NCBI GenBank assembly: GCA_012965625.1
Contig: DTSC01000331.1
Coordinates: 6,621-55,968 of the forward strand
DNA length: 49,348 nucleotides
Direction of reading: 5' to 3'
Origin: Flavobacteriales bacterium
Lineage (GTDB): Bacteria > Bacteroidota > Bacteroidia > NORP154
Under the pieces are notes generated by a model that searched no databases, was not told the origin of the DNA, and saw nothing but the letters and a program-made list of their open reading frames with translations. Positions 37,522 to 47,494 of the stretch are shown here, in pieces. Each line of letters opens with the position of its first letter. Position 1 is the stretch's first letter. The translations under genes and the position numbers were made by a program.

Positions 37522-38370
37522 TTAAGTTGATCCAAACTCCTTGTGTTTGCCCTTTAGAGACAGGGCCACTTCTTTAATTTCATGCTCTTTTTCAAATTCT
37601 ACGAAAAGATGGCCGTCAATTAATATTTTAGGGTTAATAGCAAGTCGAAAGCTCTCGTTGTAAACAAGTTTTTTAATAACCTTTCCAAAGTCTTTGTTCA
37701 TTTCAAAACTTTTCTTGTAAGCAATCCAATTAAACATTAAAATAAACGGATAAGAAAGGAACAGCAAAAGCAGGGAGCTTAATTTCGCCCTTGTAAATTG
37801 TATATTTTTTATTTTAAAACCAGCTAATTTAGCCAGGCATCGCAACTTTTGGATTCCAATTAAAAAAATATGACCATAATAGATCTCTGTTGTAATATCT
37901 TGGTTTGACATCCAGATACTATCAAGTTCATTTGGAGGCATGAAAGAGGGAGTCCGCTCACTTTCTGAAAGGAAGTAGCTTAGCCTGCTTCTTAGGTTAG
38001 AATAGTTTGGAGTGGTTATGATCAGACTGCCTCCCATTTTTATAATCCTGTTGAATTCCTTCAAAGCACTTGCCTGGTCTGAAAAATGTTCGATTCCCTC
38101 CTGGCAGATTAGGGCATCAACACTTTTACTTTCAAGGGGAATTCCGTCTTTGATATTTGCCCTTCGACAAGCTAATCCATCAACCTTGAAATACTCCGGA
38201 AATAAGTCAAATGGAATAGGTTTAGCCCCAATTTCTCTAATAATTTTTGAAGTAATTCCATTTCCAGCAGGAAAATCAACAATTATTTTACCCTTGAACC
38301 GATCCCCTTCTTTAAGAAAAAACTTCTTTACATGGTACTTAATACTTTTGGGATTGTCTTCATGATTCAT
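37522..38370 (-). CDS. Class I SAM-dependent methyltransferase
   Basis: Motif I-like IVDFPAGNG, then DALICQEGIEHF and GGSLIITTP (Methyltransf_11-like). A hydrophobic C-terminal segment follows. Confidence 0.7.
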   Translation of the reverse strand: MNHEDNPKSIKYHVKKFFLKEGDRFKGKIIVDFPAGNGITSKIIREIGAKPIPFDLFPEYFKVDGLACRRANIKDGIPLESKSVDALICQEGIEHFSDQASALKEFNRIIKMGGSLIITTPNYSNLRSRLSYFLSESERTPSFMPPNELDSIWMSNQDITTEIYYGHIFLIGIQKLRCLAKLAGFKIKNIQFTRAKLSSLLLLFLSYPFILMFNWIAYKKSFEMNKDFGKVIKKLVYNESFRLAINPKILIDGHLFVEFEKEHEIKEVALSLKGKHKEFGST

Positions 38371-38440
38371 GCTTGTGCATTTATTAATCCTTCTTAGTCA
38401 GGTGATGAATTGTATTGGCAATGACCAAAGTACGCATTTT

Positions 38441-39325
38441 TTACACTGTGGAGCGATTTGTAACAAGTCGCGCAAAATAGGCTGCAAACAATCCGCCGAA
38501 CACAAACATTAAAACACCATATGTAGCAGGAACCAGCGCTAGCTCTTTATATTGAGATAGTGCCATTCCCACGACAGCCAATGCTAATGATGCATTCTGA
38601 ATCCCACATTCAATGGAAATGGAGATACGTTGCTTTAAATCGAGGTGCAGGAATTTGCCGGAAAAGAACCCCAGAAGCATTGTTAGGATATTTAGTCCTA
38701 TCACTGCCGGTCCTATAATGGGCAAAGCAGTGGTTAGTTGTTCCTTGTTGGTTGCAACTGCTCCAATTATAATAGCTGCCATTAGCAGTACTGAAGCAAT
38801 TTTTACTGGACGTTTCATCCCTATTGCAAATGATTCGCATTTAGCCCTTATGATCATTCCTAATACTACTGGAATGATAGTGATCAATAATATTTTAAGA
38901 AAAATGGTTAAATATGGAAGCTGGATGGCTTCATCCGTACTCATAAATTTGATCAAGGCAAAATTTATGATGAAAGGTATGGTTGCAACTGTAATAATAC
39001 TTGAAAGTGCTGTTAAAGTAATTGATAGGCCAATATCACCTTTAGCGAGATTGGAGATTAAGTTAGAGGTCGCCCCCCCAGGACATGCAGCAACAAGCAT
39101 TAGCCCTACCGCATATTCTCCTTTTAACCTAAGTAAGAATATCAAAACAATGGCTATTAATGGCAATAATAGGAGCTGATTAAACAATCCAACAAATACT
39201 GATTTGGGTTCTTCTTTTATCCTTTTGAAATCTTCAATTGTTAATGATAAACCCATGCCGAGCATAATTATGGCAACCGAAGTGTTTAGCAGAAATTCTA
39301 TGTTTTCTAAATTGTCTAAATACAT
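38441..39325 (-). CDS. Bile acid:sodium symporter (BASS/SBF) family transporter
   Basis: 294 aa, polytopic. ACPGGATSNLISNLAKGD and ECGIQNASLALAV are the two BASS signature loops. Confidence 0.8.
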   Translation of the reverse strand: MYLDNLENIEFLLNTSVAIIMLGMGLSLTIEDFKRIKEEPKSVFVGLFNQLLLLPLIAIVLIFLLRLKGEYAVGLMLVAACPGGATSNLISNLAKGDIGLSITLTALSSIITVATIPFIINFALIKFMSTDEAIQLPYLTIFLKILLITIIPVVLGMIIRAKCESFAIGMKRPVKIASVLLMAAIIIGAVATNKEQLTTALPIIGPAVIGLNILTMLLGFFSGKFLHLDLKQRISISIECGIQNASLALAVVGMALSQYKELALVPATYGVLMFVFGGLFAAYFARLVTNRSTV

Positions 39326-39465
39326 AGCATTATTGTGGCCTTTAGGATGTGAAGATCGACAAATTTAACTTAGCTTGTATGGCAATACCAATAAATAAAT
39401 AGGTAGATTTTGTTAATTTTGGCCATAGACCATAGCAACAAGCCCTAAAAACAACTATTGTTTAG

Positions 39466-39936
39466 ATGATTAGAAGCATCAGGCTTGGCCAATTCTTATT
39501 TATCTTAACATATAGCATTGTGTTTGGTCTATTGCTCGGTGAGTTTACTACAAGGTTCTTGGGTTTATCTAAAACCTGGACAACTAAAAAAGAGGTGCAA
39601 CGTCACAACACCCTAATTAAAAAGTACTTTGATCATGCCAAAATAGGCCATCGCTATAAGCCAAATGTGACATTTACTTCCATTCTGGAAACGCCCTACA
39701 CTATTAATGCTGATGGATTTCGAGATGTTGAATTCACTAAGGACACAACCAGAACGTTAATTGTATTTCTGGGCTCTTCAATTATTGAAGGCTTGGGAGT
39801 GGGGGCCGAATCTAGGGCTACAAATATTGGCAAAACAATAATCAACAAAGAAATAGCTAATAAAATTGACGTTTGCAATTTAAAGAGACCTTCAGCTGCC
39901 AGCGTCGATAATATCTTTCATCATTTATTTGAATGA
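39466..39936 (+). CDS. Hypothetical membrane-anchored protein; possibly a truncated SGNH/GDSL-like hydrolase remnant
   Basis: N-terminal TM helix. LIVFLGSSIIEGLGVG resembles SGNH block I, but the ORF stops at 156 aa with none of the later blocks and no continuation in another frame. Confidence 0.35.
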   Translation: MIRSIRLGQFLFILTYSIVFGLLLGEFTTRFLGLSKTWTTKKEVQRHNTLIKKYFDHAKIGHRYKPNVTFTSILETPYTINADGFRDVEFTKDTTRTLIVFLGSSIIEGLGVGAESRATNIGKTIINKEIANKIDVCNLKRPSAASVDNIFHHLFE

Positions 39937-39987
39937 ACATTTCAATGTTGATCAAGATAAAAAGAGGCAACATTTCACATAAATTCT

Positions 39988-39995
39988 TAATTTTG
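39988..39995 (+). promoter_or_regulatory. -7 box candidate TAATTTTG, only 7 nt upstream of the ATG at 40003
   Basis: Exact TAnnTTTG match. The spacing implies a near-leaderless transcript if it is used. Confidence 0.3.
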
Positions 39996-40002
39996 ATTAA
40001 AT

Positions 40003-41019
40003 ATGAAAGACACCAGTGTTCAAAACACCTTTTTTAATCAGATAAAAGACCGGTTGCCCAATAACCTGACTCTTGTAGATGGTGTTGCTGATGCACTTAA
40101 TATTAGTAATGATAGTGCTTATAGAAGAATTCGTGGGGAAACAGCTCTCGATTTTGATGAGATTAGTGTTTTGGCTTCTAGATACGGTATTTCTCTTGAC
40201 GGCCTGGTGAAGTCGGAATCTGATACCGTTGCTTTTCGCTATCGTCCTTTGGATGAAAAGTTGTTTTCCTTTGAAAATTACATGGAAACCACCCTGGAGG
40301 ATTTGGAACGAATTGCTGATAAGGAGAATCCCGAAATAATATATGTTGCCAATGACATACCTTTCTTTCAACTATTTGGCATCCCGGAGGTTGCGGCATT
40401 TAAGTTTTTTGTATGGACCAAAACAATACTCAATTACGTTCAGCATAAAGGAAAGAAGCTGAATTTAAATGAGGGAATCACTGAAAAAGCTCAAGACCTA
40501 GGGCTAAGGCTTGTAGAAGCGTATTGTAAAATTCCTTCTATAGAGATTTTTCATGCGGGCACCTTAGAATCTACACTGAATCAGATAGAATACTATCACG
40601 TGAGTGGTTTGTTCAATAATAAAAATGATAGTTTGCTCCTCTGTGAAAGGATGTCGGAATTGGTAGATCACATGCAGCATCAGGCTGAGATAGGAGTTAA
40701 ATTTCCGTATGGAAAGGAGTTGCCAGAAGGAATTTTGGAAATGAGATCCGGAAACTATCAGCTATATTACAATGAAGTATTGGCGACCGATAATACAGTC
40801 CTCGCACGGTCTGGAGACTTTAAGATGTCTTACCTGACCAATAATGGGCACAACTCACTTATGACAACAAATCCCGGATTTTATGATAATACAAACCGTG
40901 CAGTTAAAAACTTATTGAGTAAATCAGCTCTTGTTAGTGGTACTTCGGAGAAAGAACGGAATAGGATTTTTTCTCGTTTCCAGGAAAAGATTGATGAATT
41001 ACGTTCTTTGATCAAATAA
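40003..41019 (+). CDS. Helix-turn-helix transcriptional regulator (N-terminal CI/BetR-like HTH + about 260-aa uncharacterised domain)
   Basis: VDGVADALNISNDSAYRRIRGETALDFDEISVLASRYGISLD is an HTH of the phage-CI/BetR type that I recall being common in multi-copy Bacteroidota regulators. Confidence 0.6.
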   Translation: MKDTSVQNTFFNQIKDRLPNNLTLVDGVADALNISNDSAYRRIRGETALDFDEISVLASRYGISLDGLVKSESDTVAFRYRPLDEKLFSFENYMETTLEDLERIADKENPEIIYVANDIPFFQLFGIPEVAAFKFFVWTKTILNYVQHKGKKLNLNEGITEKAQDLGLRLVEAYCKIPSIEIFHAGTLESTLNQIEYYHVSGLFNNKNDSLLLCERMSELVDHMQHQAEIGVKFPYGKELPEGILEMRSGNYQLYYNEVLATDNTVLARSGDFKMSYLTNNGHNSLMTTNPGFYDNTNRAVKNLLSKSALVSGTSEKERNRIFSRFQEKIDELRSLIK

Positions 41020-41069
41020 AACTGACCATATGGAATCAATTTCCATTTTTGATTTTGCCGAGACTGTGG

Positions 41070-41636
41070 TTAGTCTTTAATGCAGCGTACAGAGAGCCCC
41101 TTTCCCCTAAAGATATAGCCCCTAGATAAATTTCTTTTATTATAGTTAAGGAACCTGTTCCAGGCACTCACTTCATAGCACTCAGTTGAGCTCCACCATA
41201 TCCCGCATTTCCCAATATATGTGGACCCATAATAATAGCGGTAACCAGCGGGCAAGGCATTAAAACAACTTTCGTTATTGCCATTTCCACCCTCTTCCCA
41301 TCCTTCAGCGCTTTTCATCATGCTTTCTGCATGATCTATGTCTAAAAATGTTTCTAACTGTGTCCATTCTTCATCACTTGGTATGTGCCAACCCAGCGGC
41401 GCTAACCCTCTGGGGTCATTTACTGCGTACCAATTGTATAGCCCTCCATATTTTTCGCCATTCGAAGGATCATTGTCATAATAACAACATGCCGGCCTGC
41501 CTTCATCACCCTCTCTTTTCCAGTGTTCATTTATCTTTACCTGGGGTATCTTGTCGCCATTTCTAAATTGGCTCACATTTAAATTTGCATCCATCCATAT
41601 TTGCTTGCCGATAGCAATAGTATTGTAATTATCCAT
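41070..41636 (-). CDS. Fibrobacter succinogenes major paralogous (FISUMP) domain protein, no signal peptide
   Basis: IGKQIWMDANLNV..FRNGDKIP..ACCYYDNDPSNGEKYGGLYNWYAV..GLAPLGWHIPSDEEW..CFNALPAGYRYY..WWSST..GLSVRCIKD follows the TIGR02145-type consensus. An in-frame TAA lies two codons upstream of the ATG. Confidence 0.75.
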   Translation of the reverse strand: MDNYNTIAIGKQIWMDANLNVSQFRNGDKIPQVKINEHWKREGDEGRPACCYYDNDPSNGEKYGGLYNWYAVNDPRGLAPLGWHIPSDEEWTQLETFLDIDHAESMMKSAEGWEEGGNGNNESCFNALPAGYRYYYGSTYIGKCGIWWSSTECYEVSAWNRFLNYNKRNLSRGYIFRGKGLSVRCIKD

Positions 41637-41957
41637 GGCGATTTATAGCTTTGATTTTTGTGTAATAAAGATGCTAGATGCAAATATAGAAACCCCATCT
41701 ATATAAAATCTTAAGTGGAGACTAGTCAAAATAAAACATCCTGCCATTAGTATTGCTGAATGGTTTGTTAATTTCATCGTTTTTATAAAGATGGGCAATG
41801 TGTCAGAGGGAAAACGCTTCTTGCAATTTTTAAACTCTACACTAAAATACAAATAATGTATGATCTTGAATAATTTCTTAATTTTACCACTTATGAATGA
41901 GCACTGTATAGTGCCTTTGGAAGTTAAACACCCCTCATAATTCTAAATTCACGTAAT

Positions 41958-42860
41958 ATGAAAAAAATCAATCCTTTATTTTTTATTCTGTTAATTATTT
42001 TGATAATTACATCTTGCTCTACATCTGACAAAGTTGCTTCAAACAATTTAATTCAAAAAAGGAAATATACGGATGGGTTTTATCTTAAGGGTCTTGTGAA
42101 TGATTTTAATGTTAACAAGATGAACCAATATCTGGATTTTGAAGTAAACAGACCGGTTCTGGAAAATGAAATTTATAATGCTTGCCGGGAATCTGAGGCA
42201 ATTGAAAATGCTTTGGCATCCTTGAATCAATTTGATCTTTTGCCAATATTGAATAATTCGATCCTTGAAAATGAATTAAAAAAGTATAAGCCAAATTATT
42301 TAGTAGAAAAAGTCGTTAATGCCAAGCTGAAAAAAATCGAAAAAAAGCTAAAGAAAAATAATTCATGGGGCAGTAACAATAACCTGCATTCTAAAAAAGA
42401 AACGGCTGCCGATTGTGATGTAATTCATTTTAGGGATGGGACAGAAATTGAAGCAAAAGTTACTGAAGTTACGGATTATGAAATAAAGTATAAGCTTTGT
42501 AACAATCTGGATGGTCCAACCTTTACAAAAAGAGCCTATGATGTTTTTAAAATTAAATATTCCAATGGCCAGGATCAGCTCTTTAATACTGACACAAATG
42601 CAAGCACCAATGATTATGAGACTGTAAGTGAGTCTTTAGGAATGGAAGAAGGCGAAAAAAGCCAATCAATAGCTATTGCGCTGTGGTTTCTATTAGGATT
42701 GCTAGGAGTCCATAGATTTTATTTAGGCCATATCGGTATGGGAGTGCTTTATTTGTTGACTGGGGGGATTTGTGGTATAGGCTGGTTAATAGATGGCGTT
42801 TTGTTTTTAACGGGTGATCTTAAGCCTGCGAAAGGAGATTATGGGGAAAAGATCTTATAA
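41958..42860 (+). CDS. Lipoprotein with C-terminal TM2 domain
   Basis: Lipobox LIIITSC. The C-terminus IAIALWFLLGLLGVHRFYLGHIGMGVLYLLTGGICGIGWLIDGVLFL is a TM2 domain. Confidence 0.8.
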   Translation: MKKINPLFFILLIILIITSCSTSDKVASNNLIQKRKYTDGFYLKGLVNDFNVNKMNQYLDFEVNRPVLENEIYNACRESEAIENALASLNQFDLLPILNNSILENELKKYKPNYLVEKVVNAKLKKIEKKLKKNNSWGSNNNLHSKKETAADCDVIHFRDGTEIEAKVTEVTDYEIKYKLCNNLDGPTFTKRAYDVFKIKYSNGQDQLFNTDTNASTNDYETVSESLGMEEGEKSQSIAIALWFLLGLLGVHRFYLGHIGMGVLYLLTGGICGIGWLIDGVLFLTGDLKPAKGDYGEKIL

Positions 42861-43167
42861 GGATAAAGTTGTCCAATATTGCAAGATCCTGTTTTTTGTT
42901 TTTTTACTCTCTATACCCATTAGCTTAATAGCTCTTCCGGAAAATTTTTTTGACACAGGAAAAAGCATATGCATTTCAGTAGTGCTTTTTGACAAGGAAT
43001 GCTATGGTTGTGGCATGACAAGGGCTATAATGCACATTATTCACTTTGATTTCCAAAGGGCCCTTGATTTTAACAGACTTGGTTTTGTCGTATTTCCGCT
43101 ACTTGTGATGCTGTGGCTGAAATTGATTTTTGGCACATTTGGAATTAAACTTTTCAAATGGTTTTAA
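42841..43167 (+). CDS. DUF2752 domain-containing membrane protein
   Basis: CYGCGMTRAIMHIIHFDFQRAL (the CxxCGxTRA motif) between TM helices. The ATG at 42841 is preceded by AAGGAG and overlaps the TM2 gene by 20 nt. The track start GTG 42814 is also possible. Confidence 0.75.
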   Translation: MGKRSYKDKVVQYCKILFFVFLLSIPISLIALPENFFDTGKSICISVVLFDKECYGCGMTRAIMHIIHFDFQRALDFNRLGFVVFPLLVMLWLKLIFGTFGIKLFKWF

Positions 43168-43222
43168 AAGAGCCTTGGATTGGACAGATGAAGAACAATA
43201 TTCTTTAAACCATACCGGCTAA

Positions 43223-43672
43223 TTAATCGCCATCCCCAAGGACGAGGACGTTTGACAGCTTCTTTTTAGCGTCTTCTAGTTGACTTCCTTTCCATTCTGG
43301 ATGGTCTCTTAAGTCCAACTCTTCAAGAGCCGGTAATTGATACACAACATCAGGCACTTTTGCTAAAAACCTTGTACCAGTCAGGTTTAATACTCTTAGC
43401 TTTTTAAGCTGTGCCATTTCAGGAGGTAAGGTGGAGAACCTGTTGAAAGATAGATCCAGGCATTCCAGATTAACAAGTTTTGCAATATCCGTAGAAATAG
43501 ACGACAGCTTGAGCATGGCAATATCGAGCAGGATGCAGCTTTCCGCCTCTTCTAGGGCATCCTCTAGGGAGTAGTATTTGTCTGCGTCTTCACAATGATC
43601 AATGTCTTGGGGCCTGGCTGAAAAGCAGATTAAGCAGAGGGTACAGATCAATAGGGTTTTAGATTTCCACAT
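43223..43672 (-). CDS. Small secreted leucine-rich-repeat protein
   Basis: Signal peptide. LRR units: LVNLECLDLSFNRFSTLPPEMAQLKKLRVLNLTGTRFLAKVPDVVYQLPALEELDLRD. Confidence 0.7.
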   Translation of the reverse strand: MWKSKTLLICTLCLICFSARPQDIDHCEDADKYYSLEDALEEAESCILLDIAMLKLSSISTDIAKLVNLECLDLSFNRFSTLPPEMAQLKKLRVLNLTGTRFLAKVPDVVYQLPALEELDLRDHPEWKGSQLEDAKKKLSNVLVLGDGD

Positions 43673-43712
43673 GATTAAGATTTTTGTTATAAGAATTTAT
43701 AGCTTGGCTAGA

Positions 43713-46700
43713 TTATCTGCCGTGACATTGTTTGTACTTTTTGCCACTTCCACATGGGCAGGCCTCATTTCTCCCAACTTTTTTATCGACTCTTATCGGT
43801 TGAACTTGTTGCTGAGGCCTCTGTCCAGGGTCGCCATTTGCTCCAGCTTGTCCAGGAGATCTTGGTTGAACCACTTCTGGTAATGCACCCTTGTCAGCAG
43901 TTACGCGACTGTAGTCTGTTCTTTTCGGACCTTCTGCTTGCTTTACAGCCTGTTGCCCTTCTTTCGGAACTGGAAGGCCTCCTTTAAACAAAAAGGATGT
44001 AATGTCAACATTAAACTTCTGCATCATGGCCTTAAATAGGTTGAAAGACTCAAATTTATAGATTAACAATGGGTCTTTTTGTTCGTATACAGCTTGTTGA
44101 ACCGATTGTCTTAGGTCGTCCATTTCTCTCAAATGCTCTTTCCATGCATCGTCAATAATAGCAAGGGTAATATTTTTTTCAAAAGCCTTAACTAAAGCAA
44201 CCCCATTGGACGTATATGATTTTTCAAGATTAGCAATTACTTGCAGGGTTTTGATGCCATCTGTAAAAGGGACAACAATATTTTCAAAAGTAGCGGACTG
44301 ATTTTCATAGACATCTTTAATTACAGGGAAAGCACTTTCAGCAATATATGCTGATTTTGATTTATATCTTTCAAGTGCAGCCGTATAAACCTTCGGCGTA
44401 ATTTCCTGGGCACTATTTTGCATAAAATCCCCTGAATTTACTGGGCTATCAACTGAAAGAACCCTCAGAAGCTCCATTTTAAACCCTTCAAAATCCCTGT
44501 GTTCCTGGTATTCTTCTATGATCCCTTCACATACATCATAAATCATATTGGCGATATCCACTGAAAGCCTTTCACCATATAAAGCGTGCTTCCTTTTGTT
44601 GTAGATTACTTCTCGTTGAGAATTCATTACATCATCATATTCAAGGAGCTTTTTTCTGATGCCAAAATTATTTTCCTCAACTTTTTTCTGAGCTCGCTCA
44701 ATGGATTTGGTAATCATCGAATGCTGGATTACTTCACCTTCTTCCAGCCCCATCCTGTCCATTAAGCTTGCAATTCTTCCTGAGCCAAACAACCTCATTA
44801 GGTTGTCCTCAAGTGAAACATAAAATTGAGAAGACCCAGGGTCGCCTTGTCTTCCAGCACGCCCCCTGAGCTGTCTGTCAACTCTTCTAGATTCATGGCG
44901 CTCAGTACCAATAATTGACAGGCCTCCAGATTCTAATACTCCAGGCCCCAGCTTGATGTCAGTTCCCCTACCTGCCATATTCGTGGCAATGGTAACTGCA
45001 CTCGTCTGCCCTGCTTCAGCAACAATGTCTGCTTCTCTTTGATGTAGTTTTGCATTCAACACATTGTGTTTGATATTGCGCATTTTGAGCATTCTGCTTA
45101 AAAGTTCTGAGATCTCTACTGAAGTGGTTCCTACTAAAACGGGACGGCCCGCCTTAGTTAATTCATCTATTTCTTCAATTACAGCATTGTATTTTTCGCG
45201 AGTGGTTTTATAGATAAGGTCTTCTTCATCTTTTCTGACAATTGGCTTGTTTGTTGGTATTACCACAACATCCAACTTATATATGTCCCACAATTCACCA
45301 GCTTCAGTTTCAGCTGTTCCTGTCATTCCAGAAAGCTTGTGATACATTCTAAAGTAATTCTGAAGGGTAATCGTTGCATAAGTTTGTGTTGCATCTTCAA
45401 TTTTTACATTTTCTTTTGCCTCTATTGCCTGATGAAGTCCATCTGAATATCTTCTGCCCTCCATAACACGGCCGGTCTGTTCATCTACAATCTTAACCTT
45501 GTTATCAATAACAACATATTCAACATCCATCTCAAAAAGGGTATAAGCCTTAAGAAGCTGATTCATGGTATGGATCCTTTCCCCTTTAATGGAAAAGTCT
45601 CTCATTAATTCTTCTTTTTCTTTAATCTGTTCCTTTTCAGGCAGGGTAGATTTCTCAATGTTGGCGATTTTTTCTCCCACATCTGGTAAAATAAAGAAGT
45701 TTTGGTCATCGCTTGAGTCAGTGATAAGGTCAATCCCTTTTTCTGTCAGCTCGATAGAGTTGTTTTTTTCATCTATTACAAAGAAAAGTTCCTCATCAAC
45801 AAGATGCATTTCCTTTGACTGGTCCTGCATATAGAAGTTTTCAGTTTTTTGAAGCCTGGCTTTTATTCCGTCCTCACTTAGATATTTTATAAGTGCTTTA
45901 TTTTTTGGCAAGCCCCTAAATGCTCTTAGAAGTGCCATTCCGCCATCTTTGGTATTGTCTTCTGCCAGCTTTTTCTTTGCATCAGCAAGTGCGGTTGTAA
46001 TATAACTTCTTTGTGCGGCGATGAGCTTTTCAACTCTTGGTTTCAGCTCATGGAACTCATGGTGGTCACCTCTTGGAGTAGGACCAGAAATGATTAGCGG
46101 TGTTCGTGCATCATCTATCAAGACTGAGTCAACCTCATCAACAATAGCAAAATAATGCTTTCTCTGTACCAGCCCTTCAACACTGCTTGCCATATTGTCC
46201 CGTAGATAGTCAAAGCCAAATTCATTATTTGTCCCATAGGTTATATCCGCCAAATAAGCATTGCGTCGCGATTCTGAATTGGGCTCGTGTTTGTCAATAC
46301 AGTCAACCTTTAAGCCATGGAATTCAAAAAGGGTGCCCATCCATTCTGAATCTCTTTTGGCCAGATAATCATTAACAGTTACGACATGTACTCCTTTCCC
46401 CGCTAGTGCATTTAGATAAAGTGGAAGAGTAGCTACAAGGGTTTTGCCTTCTCCTGTTCCCATTTCTGCAATATTGCCATTGTGAAGAATGATTCCGCCA
46501 AGTAATTGTACGTCATAATGTGTCATGTCCCACCTGATGTCAACGCCACCTGCTAACCAAGTGGTTTTGTAATGCGCCTTGTCTCCTTGAATAGTGACCT
46601 TTTCATCATATGCAGCAAGGTCTCTGTCAAAATCTGTAGCTGTAACCTCAATGGACTCATTTTCTGAGAACCTCTTGGCTGTCTCTTTAACAATGGCAAA

Positions 46701-47042
46701 TGCTTCAGGGAGTATTTGCAATAGAACTTCTTCAGTTTTGGCATTTGCTGATTTTTCCAGCTCATCGATTCTATTGTAGGATTTTTCCTTTTTTTCAACC
46801 TCCATATTAGGTTGGTCCTCAATTTCCTTCCTTAGGTCATGAATTTCTGTGTCATCACTCTTTATGTAATCAGTGACTCTTATTTTTAATTCTGTCGTTT
46901 TGTTTCTCAGCTCATCGTTTGAAAGGAGTGAAATTGTGGCGTAGGCAGTGTGAACTTCTTCCACAAGGGGCATGACATCTTTGATGTCCTGATCAGACTT
47001 TTTCCCGAAGATTTTAAAAAATCCGGATATTATTTTTGACAT
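43713..47042 (-). CDS. secA: Preprotein translocase ATPase SecA
   Basis: [10 protein letters not shown] (Walker A), [36 protein letters not shown] and [16 protein letters not shown]. The C-terminal zinc finger is [14 protein letters not shown]. Confidence 0.97.
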   Translation of the reverse strand: MSKIISGFFKIFGKKSDQDIKDVMPLVEEVHTAYATISLLSNDELRNKTTELKIRVTDYIKSDDTEIHDLRKEIEDQPNMEVEKKEKSYNRIDELEKSANAKTEEVLLQILPEAFAIVKETAKRFSENESIEVTATDFDRDLAAYDEKVTIQGDKAHYKTTWLAGGVDIRWDMTHYDVQLLGGIILHNGNIAEMGTGEGKTLVATLPLYLNALAGKGVHVVTVNDYLAKRDSEWMGTLFEFHGLKVDCIDKHEPNSESRRNAYLADITYGTNNEFGFDYLRDNMASSVEGLVQRKHYFAIVDEVDSVLIDDARTPLIISGPTPRGDHHEFHELKPRVEKLIAAQRSYITTALADAKKKLAEDNTKDGGMALLRAFRGLPKNKALIKYLSEDGIKARLQKTENFYMQDQSKEMHLVDEELFFVIDEKNNSIELTEKGIDLITDSSDDQNFFILPDVGEKIANIEKSTLPEKEQIKEKEELMRDFSIKGERIHTMNQLLKAYTLFEMDVEYVVIDNKVKIVDEQTGRVMEGRRYSDGLHQAIEAKENVKIEDATQTYATITLQNYFRMYHKLSGMTGTAETEAGELWDIYKLDVVVIPTNKPIVRKDEEDLIYKTTREKYNAVIEEIDELTKAGRPVLVGTTSVEISELLSRMLKMRNIKHNVLNAKLHQREADIVAEAGQTSAVTIATNMAGRGTDIKLGPGVLESGGLSIIGTERHESRRVDRQLRGRAGRQGDPGSSQFYVSLEDNLMRLFGSGRIASLMDRMGLEEGEVIQHSMITKSIERAQKKVEENNFGIRKKLLEYDDVMNSQREVIYNKRKHALYGERLSVDIANMIYDVCEGIIEEYQEHRDFEGFKMELLRVLSVDSPVNSGDFMQNSAQEITPKVYTAALERYKSKSAYIAESAFPVIKDVYENQSATFENIVVPFTDGIKTLQVIANLEKSYTSNGVALVKAFEKNITLAIIDDAWKEHLREMDDLRQSVQQAVYEQKDPLLIYKFESFNLFKAMMQKFNVDITSFLFKGGLPVPKEGQQAVKQAEGPKRTDYSRVTADKGALPEVVQPRSPGQAGANGDPGQRPQQQVQPIRVDKKVGRNEACPCGSGKKYKQCHGR

Positions 47043-47067
47043 ACTATTTAAATGAAGAAAACCGAGG

Positions 47068-47075
47068 CAAAAGTA
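47068..47075 (-). promoter_or_regulatory. -7 box candidate TACTTTTG for secA
   Basis: The reverse complement of caaaagta is an exact TAnnTTTG match. It is 25 nt upstream of the secA ATG. Confidence 0.35.
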
Positions 47076-47138
47076 ACTAAAAAGCAGTAATTAGTAGAAG
47101 GTAGGTTGAAAATGGGTTTATTAGCGTTTTTTGCAGGA

Positions 47139-47360
47139 TTAGTATTCGTCTTCGTGAAAAAAGAAATCATCTTTCGTTGGGTAGTCTGGCCAGATGTCTT
47201 CAATTTTTTCATAGGCCTCTCCTTCGTCTTCAATTTCTTGAAGATTCTCTATAACCTCCAATGGGGCTCCAGAGCGGATCCCAAAGTCAATTAGTTCTTC
47301 CTTGGTAGCAGGCCAGGGAGCGTCTTCTAGTTTTGATGCTAATTCTAATGTCCAATACAT
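47139..47360 (-). CDS. DUF2795 domain-containing protein
   Basis: 73 aa, acidic. YWTLELASKLEDAPWPATKEELIDFGIRSGAPLEVIENLQEIED matches the DUF2795 pattern as I remember it. Confidence 0.75.
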   Translation of the reverse strand: MYWTLELASKLEDAPWPATKEELIDFGIRSGAPLEVIENLQEIEDEGEAYEKIEDIWPDYPTKDDFFFHEDEY

Positions 47361-47494
47361 GATTTGTTTATTTATAAGAGACCTTACGTATAAATCTCTA
47401 AAAGGTTTATTTATTTAAATTTTATGATATTTTTATTTTCGGGCGAACAAAAGTATTATTTCAGATGGAAAAAACAAACAAATATGAAATTATT

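Noticed and set aside
38613-39179. A 188-aa plus-strand ORF antisense to the BASS transporter, plus similar long antisense ORFs: 38012..38365, 26538..26906, 24726..25034, 14035..14334 and 8147..8452.
   Set aside because: Each mirrors a well-supported gene on the other strand. Antisense frames of hydrophobic or biased genes often stay open by chance. No motifs, start context or promoter boxes were seen.
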